NCBI RefSeq assembly: GCF_018977255.1
Contig: NW_024704750.1
Coordinates: forward strand, 6,076,001 to 6,140,000
DNA length: 64,000 nt
Source of the DNA: Callorhinchus milii
Taxonomy: Eukaryota
Reading direction: 5' to 3'
The number at the start of each line of letters is the position of its first letter. Positions within the stretch are counted from its first letter, which is position 1. Positions 12,419 through 24,842 of this stretch are shown here, one piece after another. The notes below the pieces were generated by a model. That model ran no database searches. It was not told where the DNA came from and saw only the letters and a list, made by a program, of their open reading frames with translations. Made by a program: the position numbers and the translations under genes.

Positions 12419-13139
12419 CGCAGAGTAAGAGAAGCTCAGAGCGAAGTTACTTGCAGTCAGTACAGTCGAGTCAGCCTTGTCTTTATCGCGTTGGCTGCTT
12501 TGACCTGTTATCTCACACAGTATCCTGTATTCAGTCGTACAATTAAAACCTCGCCCCGATCCAATCGGCGTTGGTTCTAAAGTATTATGGATCAGATCTT
12601 CGCACACAGCACTTTTTCAGGGTGGGGGGGGGAGGGGTATGTTTTTTATTTCGTTTCTGTTGTTATTCCTGTTATTAATTAAAAGAGTGATCGGACTATT
12701 GTGGTAGATGTGTTGGCTTTGTTTTGGAAGATGCACCGCCATTCACCGCCAGTTCACTCGGGTCTCGCACGTCACCAGCTGAAGCGGTCAAAATAAAAGG
12801 TTTTGGCCTAATTTCGTTTCTAAAATGTGCAGTAGTTGTTGGGGGAAGACTTTTGCATCCCAAGTCGGTTGGAAAAAAAAGTACGCTCGAGCATTTAGAC
12901 CCCCAGGGTACATAGGAAATTGAGCTCTCCCATATTCTGATCCGACACTGTACTCGAATCCCAACTTGATCCATTCCTGTCTATTGTTTAATTGGTGTAA
13001 GAAATTAGTTTGCATTTGCGAACGTTAACCACAGCTTTGTGGCTTTACTGAGCGAGACCTGCCAATAGTCACAGTTGGTGGACCCTCGCACGCAGAGAAC
13101 TGAGCAGAGTGGTCACAATTCTTATATAATAAACTCCCC

Positions 13140-13285
13140 AAAATGGGAGAGAGCGAAGAAAACTGTCATCCCATCAATTTGCGTCGTTAGGGGAGGGGAG
13201 TAGGAGGTGTGCTGGCTCATGTGGAGCATAAACACTGTCATAAATTAGTTGGGCCGAAAAGCCTGTTCTATATAATGCAACCTGC
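13140..13285 (+). mobile_element. Degraded CR1-type LINE 3' tail
   Basis: ctggctcatgtggagcataaacac...gttgggccgaaaagcctgttct resembles CR1 3' ends (gggccgaatggcctgtttct). Confidence 0.45.
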
Positions 13286-15168
13286 ACTCGGTGCTCTTAG
13301 TTGTTTGTGTTGAACAACCTATTCTTGTGGTTTATGTTTATGTGATACAAAATGCCTCGATCCAGCAACTCACACCACATTTGGTTATTTTGACCTGTTT
13401 GTTACCAGACACTTGTCAGCGCTGCTGTCAGCTGAGTTGCAAGGGGAGGAAGAAGGGTGATGTTACAATAACCTGAAACTGTTCCTTAGTTTTGCTTTAA
13501 AATGTTATTGTTAATGAATTTGCGGCTGTAACATCTTCAATTTATTGTTGATAAAATGGCAGCTGTGTGCATTAATGTACATTGTTAGGCTGGCGCACAG
13601 AAAAGGTGGCTTAAGAGAATCACAAATGTTTGTGTGCTATCCACCAGCCTATCCATGAGTCCAATGACCCCATATTGAGTTGGGAAATATGTTTAACTTG
13701 GCTGTAAAAAAAAATGCAAACGCATATTGGAGGATATAGGGTATTGTTAGATTCACTGTTTCGGAGCAGAAAGTATGGTATATTGATAGTGAAAGATAAT
13801 TACATAACAATGCTGTATATCAACAAATATTTAGCAGTGTTTTACAGACTCATTTTACAGTATGCAGTGGTAAGAGTGAAATCCCTCAAGAGCAAAATTT
13901 TAAAAAAATCCAGAGCAGATACTCATCATACTAATAATGGCATATTTAGTTAAACAAACACAACTAATTTAGGCCCAAGTATATTGTGGTTTAAGAGGTG
14001 CTTTATCTGTATACCCCATTTGGAGATGCATTGGATTCTTTAGGTGTAGATATCTGTTTTTAAAAAAAAGTGCTAATCTTCTAATTGTATCTCTTGCTGA
14101 TGCAAATCTTAATTAATATTGGAGCATGGTTAGAAAGTTCAGCATTTTTCCCATAGTTATGACTTTAATGTTTTCTGAATTATTTTTTTGCGGGAGGGAT
14201 GAATTGTATATCTAATTCAATTAATTTTAAATTACATAATGTTTGCTTCCATGAAGACTCATTTGATAAAACTGTTACTTAATATAAAAATAAGCACTAC
14301 AGACCAGGAAGGTCTATGTTTGATCTCCACTCTGTTGAGTTAACTGATTTTCCTTTGGAAAATAATAGAGATGCAGGAGAGGGGGAATAGTTAGTCAGTG
14401 TTCCTGCTTTTGACTGCTGGTTATTGACTCCTGCTGGAATACTACTACTAATAATAAATAATAATCCTTCTATTTGGTATAGCACCTTTAACATTGGGAA
14501 GATATACTGTAAAGTGCTGTTATTGTGTAGATGAAACATGGTAGCTAATTAGCGCACAGGCATGAAAGTGCATATTCATGCATATCTTGTGGGTTTTAAT
14601 CAGGCTCGATTCTTTTTTTCTCTCCCACCACTGACCAAATAGCCCCCTACACTCACAAATAACAAGTGAATATTACATTAGCAAAAATTGGCGTCAGTGT
14701 ATAGCATGACACTATAGCATGACATAGCATGACACACAGGATGGCCTATAGATTGTGTGTGTAATGAAGAAGTAACATATCCAACCATTAGTATTTGCCC
14801 TGTAGCAGAGCAGGGGTAAAATCTCATGGCAATAGCAGTGGCTCCTCAGTTGTAATAAAAAAAATGCCAGCGAGATACTGAATCCATCTTTGATTCCAGC
14901 CTGATCCTGACTCCATTTGATTCAAATTATTATTGTGATAGCAGTAGAATGGTGTTGCGGGAGAGGGTTACAAAAGGTTGAATGTGTTTGTACTGAGGAT
15001 GACTGAAAGTGTAATTGGCAAAAAGGACACAAGGTCATAAAAGTAACCTCTGTGCATAATAGAAGAAATAAAAGCGATTTTTCTTCTCACTAGAATGTAA
15101 AATTCTGCTGGTTTAAATTTTCATAATGTATGACCAGTTGTCATATCGACTGAATTTCTTTTTTCTAG

Positions 15169-15219
15169 TGCCCAAGATGTATGCAGTGTGAAGCAAAATT
15201 CGACTTTCTTAACAGAAAA
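15169..15219 (+). CDS. ZFYVE21: ZFYVE21 exon 2 (51 nt): CPRCMQCEAKFDFLNRK
   Basis: ttctag|TGC...AAA|gtaaga; FYVE CxxC. Confidence 0.96.
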
Positions 15220-15407
15220 GTAAGATTTATTTTGGGGTTTAGTATAATTGTGCCGTGTCAGCAATAAATTGGGATATGATACTTTCAAACTGTAGAGTTG
15301 TTGCCATTTTATATTGTCATTAGATCTGAAATTTGTATATTTGCTTACTTTTTTAAGTTTAGCTGTATGAATTCCAAGTTTTTTTTTCCCTTCACAACTA
15401 TTTCTGA

Positions 15408-15638
<231 letters not shown>

Positions 15639-15714
15639 TGATATTATTTAATGGCAATATATTTATAAAAATGGAAATATAAATGCAAATAATGTCTTAT
15701 TTGTGAAATAAGAC

Positions 15715-16030
15715 ATTAGAACAAGGTGAAACATTGGACAAATTTCCTTACTCCACATACCTCTATTTACCTAGAAGTAAATAGGAACCCGGTTGTTAGT
15801 TGATTGGCAGATTGGTTTTCTTTGGGTAATAATCCCTTCAAAATTGAAATAATAATAATAATTAGGTCACTCAATCCACGACTGTTTGTGGGACACTGCT
15901 GTGCGCAATTGGCTGCTGCGTTTCGCCCACAGAATATACAATCAATTCACTTTACAGTATATTATGTGAAGCGCTTTGAGACGTCTCGAAGACGTGATAA
16001 GGAGCTATATCAAATGCAGAGATTATTATT
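15715..16030 (+). mobile_element. 5'-truncated long variant of the tRNA-derived SINE
   Basis: Shares tttccttactccaca, the gggacactgctgtgcgcaattggctgc block and the tail with 22079-22403, plus an extra central block. Confidence 0.8.
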
Positions 16031-16399
16031 CTTACCTTATAAATAGATGCATTAGTACTTTGAGACCTGCCTTTGATGAACTATGGTGTTAAGGTTCAGA
16101 CTTGATTCTGTCGAGGGTTTCATTTTTAAAATGTCCCAATTTTAAATACTGTAATTATAGTATAAAGTGTACACTAGCAAACAGAATTCAATAGAGGGCG
16201 TTGTAACCACATGCTTTCCCTAAACCGAAAAATATTGGCACCAAAAACTCAAATCAGATGTTAGGAATTTGAGCTTGTTTTGTATGTACAGTCATCATGG
16301 CCCAGTGAGTTTATGCAGTGAGCAGCTGAGCAGTATATATTGGGTAAATCTTCAGCTTAATCTCACGGGGCAGTAGTGGGGGTGTTATAATTAATCGGC

Positions 16400-16578
16400 T
16401 CAGGGCCCTGGGTTAGTGAGGTGAAAATGAACCAGTGTTTCTCTCTTCTTGACTGTTATCCGATGACCTCTGTCAGAATTAAGCACTCTTGTAAAGAATT
16501 GGTCTTGGTTGTGATCCAAGCTTCACTGTTGATCGGTCTGACAATGCTTATTATCAAGACTCAAACATGAAAAATGTA
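16400..16578 (+). mobile_element. Degraded AmnSINE2-like element interrupted by an L2 insertion
   Basis: ccctgggttag...tatccgatgacctctg...gactcaaacatgaaaaatg parallels 20000-20230. Confidence 0.4.
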
Positions 16579-16582
16579 GGCG

Positions 16583-16950
16583 GCAACAACAACAACAAAA
16601 TTACATTTGTAGAGCGCCTTTCACGTCGGGAGGACGTCCCAAAGCGTTGAATAGTCAGATGTTGGGGCCCGAGCATTGGGGAGGAGTGGTGTAGGGGTGA
16701 GGGAAGGCAGAGAGGTGGGAGGGAGTCCAAAGCACGGTCGAAGAGAAGAGTCTTGAGACAGGCCTTGAAGGATGCAAGGGAGGAAGCGAGGCGAAGGGAC
16801 CGTGGGATGGAGTTCCAGAGTGTAGGGGCAGAGAGGCTGAAAGCCCGGCCACCGATGGTCGGGCGGGAGACATGGAGCAGGCCAGAGCCTGATGAGCGGA
16901 GGAAGCGGAGAGGTTGGTAGGGAGTCAGCAGATCAGAGAGGTCGGAGGGG
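16583..16950 (-). mobile_element. L2-clade LINE 3' fragment
   Basis: Translates as [42 protein letters not shown]...FKACLKTLLF; stem-loop tail and (TTG)n. Confidence 0.9.
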
Positions 16951-17702
16951 CTCAGTACCCCAGTAAAAGGAAAAAAAATCAAAGCCCTCTTAAGAAGAGA
17001 GATTTCAGGCTGTAATTGCTCTGGGAGATTCACATTTTGCTTTTGCTGTTTTGCCACCTGATTTAATAACAACTTGCATTTAGAGCAGGATAGTGTGATT
17101 GTAGCGCTGATTGCCAACATTAATGCTGTCTTCTAATCATTGTCAGGTGCCCATTCACCTTTTGAGAATGAATTGTTACTTGGCAGTAGTGTTATTATCA
17201 ATAAGTAAAGTCCTCAGAAAAGATTTGAGATAATAATGTAATTAAAATAGCATTTCTTTGGGCTAAGCAACTTCAATTTTAAAACCATCAATGATCAAAC
17301 CTACCCCCCCCCAGAAATTAATCCCTAACCTGTTAAGCACTGTGAAATGTTGAATCTATGTGAAAGGAGCTATATAAGTGCAATATGTTGTAAAGCATAG
17401 TCTGTACTTATGAGTCTCGGACCTACTTGGAAATATTTGGATATTTATACCAAAATGTAAATCAATGGGAAAAAATGCTATTGATATAATTGGCATAATT
17501 TTTCATGCGTTCAAAATTTGAGTCCCAGACAGGAGGGTCTATTTTGGTTTATAAAGCCGAATGGTGGGTGGGTGGGGAATATAAAGGATACTTCCTCTGG
17601 TTTGCTGAGGTAAAATACTTTACGCTTCCAGAGCATCTTCTAGTCTGCTTGACCTTCCCTTCTGTTACGTGGTAACTTTGTTTGCCTTCCCAAAATCTTT
17701 AG

Positions 17703-17778
17703 GGGCTACATTCCTTGTTACCTCTGGTTCCTCAGAGAAAAGTGAAACAATGGTTTGCCGACTCTCAAACAACCACAG
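17703..17778 (+). CDS. ZFYVE21: ZFYVE21 exon 4 (76 nt): GATFLVTSGSSEKSETMVCRLSNNHR
   Basis: ctttag acceptor, gtaagt donor; homology; phase 1->2. Confidence 0.95.
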
Positions 17779-18639
17779 GTAAGTGCTGGCATTCTAGCAT
17801 TAGAATATCAAGTTTGCAAAAAAAAAAACACTTTGAGGGAAACCTAGTTTGTACAACAGAAAGAGAGCTAATATAGAATCTTAATAAGATTGTACATACT
17901 GGACATCATGCAGCACTGTTACTTGAGTAAATAATGGAAATGGTTGAATGTCATAAGGATGAGGTCTTGACTCAGAATCCCTCTAAGGTAAGTTTATATA
18001 AAAAAAAATGAATATTTAAGTAAATGTATTTGTTCACAGTATAATGGTGTGGATGTTTGCCTTTAAAATAGTCACTGCACTTTGCAGAAATTCTTGTGAA
18101 GTGTTTTGAGACATCCTGCTCATATGAAACGTCCTGTATCAACTGGAAGGATTATTACTTATTATTATAATGTCAAGTTTTTCTGAAGATGCAGAACTAA
18201 TAATTTATACTCCTTGGGTATAAATATATATGGATTGGTTGGTGGGATATTGACATAATTGCCATAACTGGGATTAAACTATTAGTTGCTCAATACTTCT
18301 AGGACAGTGTTTCTGAAACGCATCAATTCATATTGATGAAAGTAATGCTTTTATAATGTAGGAAGAAGTGCTTTATTGTAGGTAGGTTATATGGTACTAC
18401 AGTTGCACTCCATTTTTTTCCTTTGTCACTGTCTAAATGAGTTTTCTCATATATTGGGGAAGGTCTCAGCAAAAAGATGCATTTAAAATGGCTGTGCTTG
18501 CAGTGATGGTGTGCTCACCAAGTTTCTCTTATTCCACAGATAGTCTTAATTTCTACAAATCAGTTTTTGGTAATTATTTTGAACACCTGAAAAAATTATG
18601 AAGAAAATGTGTTTGGATTCTTTTGCTTGAAATTTCTAA

Positions 18640-18873
<234 letters not shown>

Positions 18874-19317
18874 TAGCAAAACAGTAAATGATGTAAAGCT
18901 TAATGTGTAAAAGTGCAAACTTGGATGGATATACATAGACCTCAGGTTCGAAGTATTGATTTTCCATTTAGGTGTATTGTAACCACAGGAGGTCATGGGT
19001 TCAAGTTCCAGTGCTGGCTGGTTTCTCGAACAGTATTTTTTTTTGCTACTTTAAATGTCACATTGAGGGAATATTTTTTCTAAAATCAAGGAGCACCATT
19101 GGTAACTGTATGGAGCACTTGACCATCCTAGCTATAGTATGCAAGTGAGATTTTTTAAAAAACAAGTTGAATTTGGATAGGTGGCTAATTAAAATTATAA
19201 TATAGATACAGAATTGAGTTAGTTTTTCGTTCTGGCGCAGCTTATATTTTTAAGATAGAATGGCCTCAAACTAATCCTTCTTTTCAATGCCTGCTGCTGC
19301 CTATCGTCTTGGTGCAG

Positions 19318-19371
19318 AGAAAGATATTCACACTTATACGAGTCTACTGGAGAATCCATACATTACAGAAG
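19318..19371 (+). CDS. ZFYVE21: ZFYVE21 54-nt cassette exon: EKDIHTYTSLLENPYITE
   Basis: ggtgcag|AGAAAG...GAAG|gtcaga; phase 1-1, open frame. Resembles the EKDIHAYTSL... insert of the longer human isoform. Confidence 0.82.
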
Positions 19372-19999
19372 GTCAGAAGTATGATTGTCATCTTAACCAA
19401 CAAATAAGCCTGTGCTGAACTCCCTACATATGGCTGCAAGGACCTTGGCTTCTAATTTACTATGTACTAATTGATTTGCTAGTGAAGATTCCATTGGAAA
19501 TACTACAACATCATAAATTACATAAATTGAATTTCTGCTGTATCATGTCAAATACAGTAGACACTTGTGAGGTAGTTCATTTTGTTTGATAATTTTGGTT
19601 TGTGACGCATAGTGAATTACAAGGCAAACTCCCTGAAATCCTAATAACTTTTGTCTGCTGACCTTATTCATCAATTGCTTGTTTTAAATTGCATGTGTTC
19701 TTTTATCACACAACAGTCAGAAATAGAGTTTCCGCTTTCAAAAACAGCACGCTGGGATCATGTATCTGCTTACTCGCTTTCTGTGGTTCAGTCCATCATC
19801 ATCCAGTATATAGTGCTGTAAATATCTGATTATATGAAGCTTTTCTACCTCATCATTGAAACCAAATGCTAACTCCTGCTAACAAGACAAATATCCCAAA
19901 TTTGTTTTGGTGTAATGATAAAGGATGTTGTTTTTGTTGGTAAATGTGTTGCATGCCATTCCTAGTTTGATGCTTTTTCTCTTCTGCTAGCCAATCCTA

Positions 20000-20230
20000 G
20001 GGTGCTAATGTATATAAGCAACCCCAGATGAGAGAGGAGAAAGGGGCTACTGGTGATTGCTTAGCAACCCCTGCTGGAAATGCGGGTCTGTGTGCATGAT
20101 GAGTGAGGTCCATCAACATTCACCACCCAGGCTCACACATGAAGAATGAGCACTAGCAAGGAGTTAGCAGAGAACTGCTTGCCTGTGGGGTACACTATGA
20201 ATCTCGCCCTTCAGGAGAGAAGGGATCAGG
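20000..20230 (+). mobile_element. Degraded ancient SINE (AmnSINE2-like)
   Basis: acccctgctggaaatgcg...caggctcacacatgaagaatg...ccttcaggagagaagg. Related fragments near 26670-26770 (+), 27375-27560 (-) and 37500-37620 (-). Confidence 0.5.
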
Positions 20231-21435
20231 AAAGCTTTTTTTAAAATAAAAGTCTCCGAAGCATTCACAAAATGACCCATGATTGCTGCTGCATAGTTCC
20301 TGTATGGAGAAATTAACTACTTTACAATTATCTATCAGCCGTGCGTTTATTCAATGAGTTTAAAAATAATTGTAATGCTAACTGTTTGAAGCGTGCTTAG
20401 CATTCTCAAATCTAGTGACGTGGTTTTCTCTTTAAAGATGTCTGGCTAAACTAGCCTCTACTTTGGAACCTTGATCATTTGCCATAATCATTTCTGCATT
20501 CTGCCTGGCTCCACAACTTGTCTCCCAGCCATCACTATTCGTGGACAATAATACTTGTGAGGAAGGAAAGAAGGTTCCAATATGGCATATGTTGAATGTT
20601 CCATTGTGAAGTGGAATTTAAGATAAACCATTTAGGAGCATTGCTTCACGAAAAGAGATTCATAGATATGAACAGTAACAGTGAATTTTCAATGTACGTG
20701 TTCAGTAATATTTGATGGTTATAGTAGTAAAAAGCGAGTTTGTGGTTGTGGTTCTCCACATTGCTGGTAGGAGTGGAGGCCAAGAGTTTCTGCAAATTAA
20801 AGAGGACGAGTCTCATACAGTTTGGTAAGAGTGCTGTTTGCTGGAGATCCATGAATGACCTGGGGAGACATAGAGCAAGAGAAAAAATAGTGCATTTAAA
20901 AACAGTTCTACACGGTATATTACAAACAGGAAATACTGATATTTCACTGTTAACATTATCAACATTGCAATACAAGACCATTTGAATAACTATATTAATC
21001 AACTAAAACAGCCTTTTTGTTAAAATTGTTCAGTATAAATTTGAGAGGGAGTAGTCCATCATAGATTAGCAGTTTAAATAATAATTGTTTGTTTATATTT
21101 GAGCTGTTACTAAATTATACAGCCACGAGCCTTATCCCGTGTCTGTGGGTAAATGTACCAAATGAGTCAAACAGATCAGGAAGCTTCCAGATTCCATCCT
21201 CTGTGCTGTGTTGCATGATCTCTGCAAATGCAGCAGTCAGGACACTACGGTTGGCCCCAGCAATCCAGGTTAGGGATTGGGCTAGAATGTACTTTTGGGC
21301 AAGGTCCTGTGAGATTTCTGGAATGTTTAGACTCTTGCTCCTTCCCTCGGGAAAGGAATGTAAATATTAAGTGTGAGAAATTGACCTTCCAGATTTTTTT
21401 TAATAAACAGAAGCTAATTGTATCTATTATTGCAG

Positions 21436-21578
21436 GAAATAATACACGTGCCACTGGAATGCTGGTTCAATATAAAGCTGTGAGCTCCCAGGAATCCAAG
21501 CAGCTGAAGCTAACTGCAGCTGATGATTTCAACAGTAACAAGAAGATGTCTGTCAGTTGGTTAGCTGCTATGCATAAG
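21436..21578 (+). CDS. ZFYVE21: ZFYVE21 exon 6 (143 nt): GNNTRATGMLVQYK...SWLAAMHK
   Basis: ttgcag acceptor, gtaagg donor; WLxAMHK motif. Confidence 0.96.
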
Positions 21579-22078
21579 GTAAGGTATGCAGATGTACCAG
21601 AGATTCTCACCAGGTGAAAGACTTTTACAAAGCCTTGGCAGGTGTTAAAATGCACTCAATTTTTGTGATCTAGTGTTGTGAATGCAAAGTTTACTTAGAC
21701 GTAAGACACACTAAAGGAAAACACCTTTATTGCCATCATGCTATACATTTTCACGATTATAATCCTGATAAGCCTACTGATAAAATGGTATCCCCTATGG
21801 AGGAAAGTCAATGAGTAGGACATTTGTTGGAATGTCAAACACTTGATCAGGAGTAATGTGCTGTATATTAAAAAAAAATCATATGCATTCTTGAAATTTA
21901 ATTAATTAATTGATTAATTTAAATTTAAATCTAGTGCAATTTTAAAACATCTTCATCTCAAATTATTTTTAGCTGTGAGAAATGCACCTGATATGAAGGA
22001 CATGATATAAACTTAAATTATTTAAAATTTTCATGAAATGTACTGCCCTTGGCAAACAGGTGTGCATAAGCATCCTTA

Positions 22079-22403
22079 TAGTCCTGTAGCTCAGTGGTTG
22101 AGCACTCGCTTTGCAAGCGAGAGACCTGAGTTCAATTCCAGGCAGAGGGCAAAACCTTGGGCAAGTTTCCTTACTCCACACAGAGCCTAATAATAATCCC
22201 TCCAAAACCAAAACAATAATAAATTGGTCATTTTCAATCCACGACTGTTTGTGGGACATTGCTGTGCGCAATTGGCTGCCGCGTTCGCCCACAAATATAC
22301 AGTCAATTCACTTTACAGTGTGTTCTGTGAAGCGCTTTGGGATGTCCTCCCGACGTGAAAAGCGCTATATCAAATGCAAGGATTATTATTATTATTATTA
22401 TTA
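22079..22403 (+). mobile_element. Full-length tRNA(Ala-like)-derived SINE with Deu-like body, L2-type stem-loop tail and (TTA)n
   Basis: A box tagctcagtgg, anticodon-like ctcgct-ttgca-agcgag, B box gagttcaattcc. Possible 7-bp TSD atcctta at 22072-22078 and 22405-22411. Confidence 0.9.
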
Positions 22404-22627
22404 TATCCTTAGCCACGAAATTGCCCAAATCAATTTATATGTTTATCCCATGAATCCAGGCTAATCATCCACAGTAATAATATTTAATAATTACTCAGTA
22501 GATTACTGATTGTAGATCTAATTGTTCAAAGTACTAAATTAGAACAGTTAAGTAACCTCAACAGGTAGGTTTGTTTTCCTCATTTAAAACCAGCTGACCA
22601 TGAGTGTTAACTGCATTCTGTTTTCAG

Positions 22628-22663
22628 GCTGCCAAACTTCTGTATGAATCAAGAGATCAATAA
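22628..22663 (+). CDS. ZFYVE21: ZFYVE21 last coding exon: AAKLLYESRDQ*
   Basis: ttttcag acceptor; conserved C-terminus KLLYESRDQ. Total 230 aa (248 with the cassette). Confidence 0.96.
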   Translation, partial: AAKLLYESRDQ

Positions 22664-23887
22664 CCCTTCCTGAGTTTTAATACATCAAGACAAAATGGAT
22701 GCCATACTGCAAAGAAATGCAAACATTTTATCCAGTTTTGCTTGGTCTTTTTTCCTCACTCCTTTGAGACGGTGAGGTTTTCTTAGTGCTTTTTGTATTG
22801 AGTGATTTCTGAAAACACTTCTTGGGGAAAATGCAACAAATATTTCAGGAATATTTTTGGTGCATTGAAGTATTCACTAAAAGTATAGTGCAATATGTAG
22901 AATTTACACAATGATGTTTTAAATGTAAGGTTTCACATTTAAATTAAAATTTTGCTAAGTATTTTTGTTACTAATCAAACAACCTGCAGTTTAACCAAGA
23001 CTGCTAAAAATGAGCTTTTTGTTACGAAAGACACGATTGATGTAGAATACTTTATTTTACTACATTATTGGTGTGAAGTCTAAAGTTATATTGAGGGAAA
23101 TAGTAAAATTTGCATTAAACTTCAGAAGTTGACAGTTCAGCATTCTGCAAATAGCTTTTGGCAGAAACTGCTTGTTTTCATTTTTCAAAAAGAGTTAGTC
23201 ACCATAAATTAATAATGGTTTCAGTTCCAATTGAGTGTCTTTGTCCCCTCCCTCCCAACGAGTGAAATTTCATCTTAACATGCCAAAGGAAATAACTACC
23301 TGTACAAAATAGATGCACTATTTAATCTCATTTCTGCTCATGTACTGCCACTTTGCAAAGTCTTCAAAAGGAGGATGCTTTATTTTTATTCTTGTAATTT
23401 ATTTGGTAATCTGTTAAAAATGCTAGATATAAAATAAGTAGCATGCAAAAAAAAAAAACACTACTCACAAACCAAATATGTTTTGGAGCAAGGCAAAGTT
23501 TAAAACTAAATTGAGGGGGGAGAATTTTTTAAAAATAATTTAAATTGCTAAAAATACAGATGACCGACATTTGTTTTAGAATTTGAGAATTCCACTTACT
23601 TTTCATTGATCCAGAGGTATAGGGATTTTCCTGTGAGCTTTACGGTTAGCATTAAATGCTCCAGAAAATAAAGTAATGCATTTAATTATAATGGGGGAAA
23701 CTTGATATGAAATGTTTTCTGGACCAAAAGAGCAATATAAAAGGCATTTTAGTATGAGACTTCTGGCTATGTATAAAAATTTTGATATTAATTACTGCTG
23801 TGTCAAGTTTGTGTTCACATTTTAATTGTGGACAATAGGTAGCTCAAATTGTTGTAAATATTTGAGCAGATCTTAACTTCCATAGTC

Positions 23888-23893
23888 AATAAA
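23888..23893 (+). terminator. Candidate ZFYVE21 poly(A) signal AATAAA
   Basis: Followed by a GT/T-rich tract (gtgtttgttttaatt); UGUA elements upstream. Confidence 0.55.
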
Positions 23894-24836
23894 CTTTTGC
23901 ATTTCTGGTTTTGCATGTGTTTGTTTTAATTTATTAAATATTCTCTTGGAACCTCTAAGCCAAAAATTGAAATGAAACCACCTTTTGCAGTTTATTTGTT
24001 GAAACTTTTCAGGAATGGCTTACTTCAGAGAGGTGCACAGCAACAGAGTTGGTGGTGATTAAGATTTACTCTGGGACAAAGCACTTGCCTGGGTTTTATT
24101 CATCCCATTTCAACTTTTAAAACTTAACATGGCTAGTGCCTCCTGTAACAAGAGGCAGGTTTGCTACTTGAAACACAGGAGGCATTAATAATAAAGAAAC
24201 TAATAAATAAACAATGTAGTTAAAAAGCAATGTTCTCAGGGGAATGGACTAAAGAGGTTTTTTTTAAAATGGGAGATTGAATAACAGCAATATCTTCGGT
24301 AAGTGGTTTACAACAATTTCTCAGTCACATCAACTCACATATAATGTATATAACTGTTTTCCACAGGGAACAGCCATTAAGTTTGAAGTTCAAATATTCA
24401 TCCATAAAATAAGCACATAAGCTGTTTCTGCAGTGTTAAACAATGGAATTTAGTGTTTCTTATTTTCCAGTGACAGAAGGCAAACGAATGACATGAGGAA
24501 ATATGGTGCCAGTGAGAAGCACACTATTAAAATTGTGGGATGTAGTTTCAATAGAAATTTTACCTGTTATTCCTTTGGACTCCCTGTGACGATGTGCCTG
24601 TGTTTCCATATTGAATTAGCCTATGGCTGGATGGATATAAATCACATCACAAATGTTAGAATTGTACCCATAAATCCCATCATGAGTGTAGTATTCAGTT
24701 GAGAGTGGCTGTTTGGGATGATGGCACTTGAGGAAATTTTCTCAACAAAGAACATTTCAACTAAGTCAGACAGAAATTCAAACATTCACCATCAAGGAGC
24801 AATAAACTGCAGGTTCAATTGTCCATGCTGTAGTGT

Positions 24837-24842
24837 TTTATT
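24837..24842 (-). terminator. Candidate PPP1R13B poly(A) signal AATAAA
   Basis: Minus strand reads tgttatgtaaacgtgcacAATAAAacac, ~900 nt past the stop codon. Confidence 0.55.

Noticed and set aside
10493-12580. 695-aa and 608-aa Pro/His/Thr-rich extensin-like ORFs, plus Gly-rich antisense ORFs
   Set aside because: They are translations of the G-free minisatellite, which cannot contain TAG or TGA and happens to lack TAA, so all plus-strand frames stay open. It lies in ZFYVE21 intron 1.
22081-22150. Functional tRNA-Ala gene (also ~2450-2519, 2675-2739, 36185-36255)
   Set aside because: There is no proper acceptor stem, and each runs directly into SINE body and tail sequence. These are SINE heads.
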